Source of the DNA: an uncultured bacterium
GTDB taxonomy: Bacteria; Babelota; Babeliae; Babelales; RVW-14
Reading direction: 5' to 3'
Assembly (NCBI GenBank): GCA_963759805.1
Contig: CAVXAT010000009.1
Coordinates: 1 to 62,378 of the forward strand
Length of the DNA: 62,378 bases
Part shown: piece after piece, positions 57,901 to 62,378 of the stretch
How the letters are laid out: each line of letters opens with the position of its first letter
Numbering within the stretch: position 1 is the stretch's first letter
The notes under the pieces: generated by a model
Database searches by the model: none
The model's input: only the letters and a program-made list of their open reading frames with translations
Told to the model about the DNA's origin: nothing
Translations under genes and position numbers: made by a program

Positions 57901-58344
57901 AATTCTGCCGGCGATATTAAATTCTTTTGCCCTCAACTCTTGTGTAAGTTCTTGCAAGCTTTTGGCTGTATGACTTAAAAGATATGGGTGATATTCATGG
58001 GTGTAACGTCCCTCCGGATTGCATTCATAATGATTTATAAAACTCTGAACAAAGTTTTTATCGTCAGTAGAAATATCTGGGGTAGAAACTTGGGCGAATG
58101 CGTTAGTAAAACTGGAACTCAAAGTGAAAACTAGAAGTAGTAATCCAACAGACCTTTTCCAGAACTGGGCCCGTCCGTCTACGCCAAAGGCTACAACGGA
58201 TGGTTCGATACATTTTTCTCGCATATGAAATGCTCGAAAAATACTCACCACGAGCGGGCCTGTCGAATCCGCTCGTCCCGAGTGAATTTGCGAAGCAAAT
58301 TTGTATCGAGGGATCAGACTGCGTATTGAAAGTTTAAACAACAT
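55000..58344 (-). CDS. Large hypothetical exported protein with Walker-A-like motif
   Basis: ATG 58344 overlaps the upstream stop; hydrophobic core VGLLLLVFTLSSSFTNAFA; VYIFCSFVDGVGKST. Confidence 0.75.
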   Translation of the reverse strand: MLFKLSIRSLIPRYKFASQIHSGRADSTGPLVVSIFRAFHMREKCIEPSVVAFGVDGRAQFWKRSVGLLLLVFTLSSSFTNAFAQVSTPDISTDDKNFVQSFINHYECNPEGRYTHEYHPYLLSHTAKSLQELTQELRAKEFNIAGRIIILGYEENAFPNYYTDFTRPQIDDEMVVKTKAGWSEQLHNRFGFMTAYLFKDFNKVSEKIYPGIEPVFEHIDVDTIPIFDDRAELFQEHAFEESLDLITQAYKSVVKKYIAKDIDGILKNLVTFWETLYTHGLKTANKQIGGTQDILFSIEHIKGLINSKIPVLKIFTGPDLTYPIEISCKQKKEVTLHAQKFVPKLAKKLIAINDQKTVYIFCSFVDGVGKSTMLGNIKNWMKYGNDTDSFGHVDNTSSQLAELFEFSPNVYIADLPAQISHFTYKPDGFVYTDIENELNENELNKQQVKNIRTFVKQNYKKLREQYSKLTEYVQNIIKTKGFLDPELNDINKPEYWFVKNNILLKKININKFVPFSYQDQHFIFNSKQTYEIRLLKKLENVKSEGLKNIESEQMIFNLGVKLPLQYKTFLDDLVKKLKDKDIQNVVFVDFLSMYPRSSRENLRVNYLLQQMGLLYPDADPNYSFYKAFTSGGELLNCLLTNESSLKIYKSIQYETALRIALFKLIVQRKVDNLNGLSFAEITKLLLDELQNNKNLIESDFLQNLIRHKLNREIDSLDKVYGSSKSFVNIQLFSFKRLAAFFDVLQDLFTTKIKNQYLNDLWQNVGNLPVANLQQDSIACNLNLSTDLNFEVKIQFMFEPECRCDHSLTPFLRMLRANWYASIINLLSANKEYYSSINLDREFFKIIPCFLTHGENGCFYLFQRLFPTWESDIVSEDLNNFKMLNLVNTQQPSKSPGTFVQFTDLPYRIDWKAESTNSCLYQFDCDLNELKLHKYGGSTISLLVRKYQAEHDSSTVITTSILWEKMGKSTCWQSFYNWQVNDAKKNGLYDLRENAEPGKNGSNQNSNFNSNSKSKKIVHQYNDHGRVYKLYEGAEEQRFGAKLFVRLIATLEMVLKDPDSDIVVRFGNRDDFTAALKLLESVTLPNYFGILFKEPLFEDYDRVEPYPSWDYWDGM
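58168..58313. repeat. Composite of two family B copies and one family A copy, within the open 5' end of the large ORF
   Basis: GGCCCG[TCCGTCTACGCCAAAGGCTACAACGGA]TGGTTCGATAC...ACTCACCACGAGCGGGCC, then CCGCTCGTCCCGAGT...GTATCGAGGGA. Confidence 0.85.
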
Positions 58345-59296
58345 CGTACAGTTCCGTAAACTCTTTGTAATAATTAGATGTGTCACTTGCCCCATTAATA
58401 CTTGCCCCATCAGCGCCTGTTTTTACCAAGCTATTAAGATTATCAATTCCAAGTTTTTTCTTAAGAATTCCAATCAGCTGCTTGCAAGTATTTCTTGCTT
58501 TGTCATAATCAGCCTCTTTGGGGGTGTTGCGCAATTTCTCAAGAATATACTCAATTTCACTAAAATATTTGTTAGCTTGATTCAAATTCTTTAATAAAAT
58601 ACTTTCGTTAAAAAATTTAACTTGGTAATCAAATGCAAGCGCAAAAAATGCTGTGTAAGAAATTACATAGTTTTGTTTAAGGTATGGCAGAAGGGACTGT
58701 TTCTTTTGTACTGCTGCACCATCCTGATAATTAAAATACGAGGCATAATCATCCCACGAAAAACCATCCTCCAAAGTTATCTTTTGGGTCTCTAAATTTA
58801 CCTTTGCATGTTTCAAAAAATCATGAATAATACCGCATTGGTCCAGAACGTACTCCCAATAATAAATTAATCTAAAACCCTTAGGGGAGTTTTGAAAATA
58901 AAACCATGGTTCTTTAGTAAAAACATGAACAAGATCGTTCAGTGCTGATGCTATTTGTTCAGGCGTCATATCAATAAACTTCTGTCGAATGACATATGCT
59001 TTGGGGTAATATTTTGCAATGTATTCAGTGTAAAATGCACTTAACTTTTCGTCCAGATCAAGCGATCGCATTTTTCCATCGCAAATATCCCCGTCTTGAA
59101 TATCCATATCGATATTAATATTAACATCCTGATTTTTGTCATCCTGCTGCGTCCGCCGTAGCCTTGTGCGAAGGCCGGGAACTTGATTCAGGATCTTATC
59201 TTGCATGCCAAAACTTAATTTTGGGATACTCCAAGAAAACAGCAAAATAATTAAGCTAATTTTGCGAAGAATTTTCTTGTAAAAAATCTTCTTCAT
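58334..59296 (-). CDS. Hypothetical exported protein
   Basis: Long ORF; likely start MKKIFYKK followed by a hydrophobic stretch; overlaps both neighbours. Confidence 0.72.
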   Translation of the reverse strand: MKKIFYKKILRKISLIILLFSWSIPKLSFGMQDKILNQVPGLRTRLRRTQQDDKNQDVNINIDMDIQDGDICDGKMRSLDLDEKLSAFYTEYIAKYYPKAYVIRQKFIDMTPEQIASALNDLVHVFTKEPWFYFQNSPKGFRLIYYWEYVLDQCGIIHDFLKHAKVNLETQKITLEDGFSWDDYASYFNYQDGAAVQKKQSLLPYLKQNYVISYTAFFALAFDYQVKFFNESILLKNLNQANKYFSEIEYILEKLRNTPKEADYDKARNTCKQLIGILKKKLGIDNLNSLVKTGADGASINGASDTSNYYKEFTELYDVV

Positions 59297-60320
59297 ATAA
59301 ATAAAGTCCGCAATCATAAATAAACTTTGAAAATTGTTTGCAAAAACTCAGATACGAGGTTGTCGCTTGATCAACCAAATTTGCATGTTGCTGGGAATCT
59401 GAACATGAATTAAATATGTTTGAAATTTTATCAGTAAATTGATTAATGCTTGTAGATAAAGATATGATATCTTTTTCAAGACAGGCAACCTCAAGCCTAT
59501 CATGTCCGGTATTTAAGATTATCATACACTTTATAAATCCAATCAGATCTTCAAACCATCGAATCAATGTTGTGTGGTTGATCAAAATGTCGGCAAACAT
59601 AAGATCGAAGAATTTGATTGTATGTTCGTCTTGAGTTCTCTGTTCATGTTGCACTAAAAAAGAGCCTAACTGTTTGATCAGTCCATTTAATTTTGCACTT
59701 TTCTGCTTATAAAATTCAGAATCTAAATTAATACCACCGAAATTGAACTGATTTTCTAATGTATCTTTACTTTTATTAATAATGGTCCAAATTGAGGCGG
59801 TGATTGCAGTATATATAACAAACTGAAGAGCCTTCAGCGATCCCTTCTTTATTCTGCCAATTGCAGCGTTTGATTCTTTGTTGGCTTGATCTTCTCTTTC
59901 TAGCCTATTTATTCGTAATTCAGCTTCTTTACATCCTAGTTTTTTAGTTTCAACGTCCAGATCCTTTTCATTAAGTTCGTCGTATTTAGAGATAGCATTG
60001 GTGGAGATAGCACTGAGTTGGTTGCTTTTAGGTTTGTTTTGTGTTTTGAAAAAGTAGTTCCAAATTAATATTCCCACACCTACACATCCGGCGCTAATTG
60101 CTAAATACTTTAAACGTTTAATCCATTTTGCTTTAGATTGTAAGCGCTCATACTTTTTTACCGCCTTGTCGATTCTGGAAAAATCAACATATTCTAAAAC
60201 CACTTTTTCCGAAACCATATTTTGTGGTTGGGTATTTAGAATAGGCTCTGCACTTTGAGAAACACAGGTGTTTGTGATTAGCGAACATATTGTAAAAATA
60301 TGCGCAAATAGCTTTTTCAT
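59256..60320 (-). CDS. Hypothetical membrane protein (signal peptide plus two hydrophobic helices)
   Basis: 354-aa ORF; YLAISAGCVGVGILIWNYFF and ALQFVIYTAITASIWTII. Confidence 0.75.
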   Translation of the reverse strand: MKKLFAHIFTICSLITNTCVSQSAEPILNTQPQNMVSEKVVLEYVDFSRIDKAVKKYERLQSKAKWIKRLKYLAISAGCVGVGILIWNYFFKTQNKPKSNQLSAISTNAISKYDELNEKDLDVETKKLGCKEAELRINRLEREDQANKESNAAIGRIKKGSLKALQFVIYTAITASIWTIINKSKDTLENQFNFGGINLDSEFYKQKSAKLNGLIKQLGSFLVQHEQRTQDEHTIKFFDLMFADILINHTTLIRWFEDLIGFIKCMIILNTGHDRLEVACLEKDIISLSTSINQFTDKISNIFNSCSDSQQHANLVDQATTSYLSFCKQFSKFIYDCGLYLYEEDFLQENSSQN

Positions 60321-60346
60321 TTTAAATTATCTAGTTAAAGTTCAAG

Positions 60347-61702
60347 TTAAAATCCACTGTTAAACTGAGTTGTGCCGTCATTATTATTAGTCCCTGGGTA
60401 AGGGTTATAATAAGTTGGCTTATAAGTTGATGCTGTGCTTGCTGTCGCGGGTTTCATTGAATAATTTTTAGGTGAAACCTCTGCTATGAGTTGTTTAAAT
60501 AAATTCAAAAGATTTGTCTTTATTGCAGGAATGATTGTTCTTTGATTTTCGAGCTTTGAGTCTAAATCTTTAAGTGATTTAGAATTCACCAACAATTTGC
60601 AAGTTGCCTGCAACATTTGACATATTTGATTCGAATAAAAAACTACAATATCATCTTCGTCGTAATATTCTCGTCGTTTTTCAAACAGGGTTATAAAATA
60701 GGTGAATTGCTCAGCATAACCTGTTGCTAAACTTGCCCACATATCAACCTCTTTTTTAGTTTGTGCTTCTGTGTTACTGTCATCAAACTGGCGAGAGACT
60801 GAATCAAGATTTCGAGTAGAACCAAGTAAGCCATTACGAAGCATAACATCAATGTCATTATAGGCCGTTAAAATCATGTCTTGCCAGCCGGCCAGCTTTT
60901 GAGGATCAAATGGTTCGTTGCTGCTGTGAAGTAGAACGTTACGAACCTTTTGCCAAAAATTAATAAACCCATCAAAGCAGTAATCCCATACGGTTCCAAC
61001 TGATTTACCTATAGTGTCTTTTGCTTTTTCTCTTACTACTTCGCTTAACGCGCCAACAAGAAGGACAGTTCCTCCTTTGAAGGCTCCATCTGTCCAATTT
61101 TTTATTTTGGCATCATCATCAAGTGCATTGTTATAATTTGGCCCTGCCAGTGCCTTTGCAATTAACATACCCCATGGGTCGTTACTTGTCTCTTCCTCTG
61201 TCAACGCATCCACGATTGCTTGCAGACCTTTTTGGCGATTTGCATCCAGATTTGAAAATTTAGGGTCAGCTTTCAATTTTTCAAGCATTCCGTTTATTTC
61301 GAGATTAAGTGCGCCTTCCATTTCTATCAATGCCCGCAGCTCTCCTTCTTCATCATTGATAGGCTTTTTTTGGGCCATAAGAATTCTAATTTTTTTATTT
61401 AATTCTTCGATTTGTTTTAACTGTTCAGCTCTAGCATTTTGTTTTTCTGTAAGTTCTGGACTGATTTCTTTTTTTATACTGTTCATTGTTGCAAGTAATT
61501 CCATTAATGCGGCTATTTTCTTTTTTTTATATTCAACTTTTGCAACCTTGTTACCCCATGGAGAATTTCCAAAATTGCCCCATGGATTGCCCCATGGAGA
61601 ATTTCCATACTTACCTAAATAATCTTCTTTTGCCGCAAATAAATTTAATGCAAGCATAACCGAAAAACACGCGACAAGACTTAATATTTTTTTAGCACAC
61701 AT
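60347..61702 (-). CDS. Hypothetical exported coiled-coil protein with GNSPW repeats
   Basis: Signal peptide, YGNSPWGNPWGNFGNSPWGN, coiled-coil region; GAGG RBS. Confidence 0.78.
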   Translation of the reverse strand: MCAKKILSLVACFSVMLALNLFAAKEDYLGKYGNSPWGNPWGNFGNSPWGNKVAKVEYKKKKIAALMELLATMNSIKKEISPELTEKQNARAEQLKQIEELNKKIRILMAQKKPINDEEGELRALIEMEGALNLEINGMLEKLKADPKFSNLDANRQKGLQAIVDALTEEETSNDPWGMLIAKALAGPNYNNALDDDAKIKNWTDGAFKGGTVLLVGALSEVVREKAKDTIGKSVGTVWDYCFDGFINFWQKVRNVLLHSSNEPFDPQKLAGWQDMILTAYNDIDVMLRNGLLGSTRNLDSVSRQFDDSNTEAQTKKEVDMWASLATGYAEQFTYFITLFEKRREYYDEDDIVVFYSNQICQMLQATCKLLVNSKSLKDLDSKLENQRTIIPAIKTNLLNLFKQLIAEVSPKNYSMKPATASTASTYKPTYYNPYPGTNNNDGTTQFNSGF

Positions 61703-61846
61703 TTATGACCCTCTGGGAAAAAATAAGTTTACACATCTATAACCCCAAAAATGTGTTAAAATAGTACACTTCTGGGGTTTGATCGAAACAGAATTATAAC
61801 AATATTATGCTGAAAAAAGCAAGGTCAAATCAATAAAAACCAGTTT

Positions 61847-62378
61847 TTAGACAGATTTTTGGGAGTTAAGATGTTTTTTGAGGTATTTTCCGGTAACGCT
61901 CTCTTTGTACTGCACGACCTGTTCAGGCCTTCCTTTTGCAACAACATATCCTCCCATTTCACCACCTTCAGGCCCGATATCGATCAGATAATCAACTGAT
62001 TTTAGCACATCAAGATTGTGCTCTATGACCAATACGGTGTTATCGCGGTTAACAAGTTTTTGCAGCACCGCCAACAGCCTTTCAACGTCGGCACTGTGCA
62101 GTCCTGTCGTTGGTTCGTCAAGAATATACATTGTTTTCTTGTCGCGTTTTGCAAGTTCGTTTACTAGTTTGATACGTTGCGCTTCTCCGCCGGAGAAAGT
62201 TGGAGATGCTTGGCCAAGTTTGATGTAGTCAAGTCCAACTTCGCATAAAAGATCAAGTCGTTTTTTGATGCGAGGGAATGTTGCAAAAAATTTGCACGCT
62301 TCAAGAACCGAGAGATCAAGAACTTGTGCGATATTTTTGCCTTTAAATTTGATCTCTAGGGTTTTTTGGTCATAGCGG
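61847..62378 (-). CDS. uvrA: Excinuclease ABC subunit A, 3' part (runs off the window)
   Basis: GLDYIKLGQASPTFSGGEAQRIKL, YILDEPTTGLH, VIEHNLDV, DIGPEGG. Confidence 0.97.
   Translation of the reverse strand, partial: RYDQKTLEIKFKGKNIAQVLDLSVLEACKFFATFPRIKKRLDLLCEVGLDYIKLGQASPTFSGGEAQRIKLVNELAKRDKKTMYILDEPTTGLHSADVERLLAVLQKLVNRDNTVLVIEHNLDVLKSVDYLIDIGPEGGEMGGYVVAKGRPEQVVQYKESVTGKYLKKHLNSQKSV

Overview
AT-rich bacterial chromosome segment, most likely from Candidatus Dependentiae (Babelota/TM6), intracellular parasites of protists. This is inferred from tandem ATP/ADP-translocase (NTT) genes, many signal-peptide orphan proteins and tectonin/lectin proteins. The left ~12.5 kb looks like a decaying island integrated at tRNA-Arg(CCT). 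It carries a frameshifted large serine recombinase, ssb, and a co-oriented run of hydrolase, GNAT, NUDIX and 5'-nucleotidase genes. The core part has pccB-like, dnaE, tsf-pyrH-frr, rpmF-plsX-fabD-fabG-acpP-fabF, lon, lysS, recJ, a TrxR-Trx fusion and the 3' end of uvrA. Accessory items are an internally deleted tnpB, an apparently perfect 2,253-bp tandem duplication in a lectin/tectonin gene array, a HEAT-like repeat putative effector and a four-gene operon of exported orphans. The most striking signal is two families of short palindromic repeats (a CCGTAGC...GCGWAGG family and a TTCGATAC...ACTCA..CGAGCGG family). They nest inside each other, cluster around a small GIY-YIG nuclease gene, sit in the tnpB omega-RNA region, and are inserted in frame into dnaE and probably into a signal peptide. 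No CRISPR array or rRNA was seen. All family assignments come from motif recognition, not database searches.
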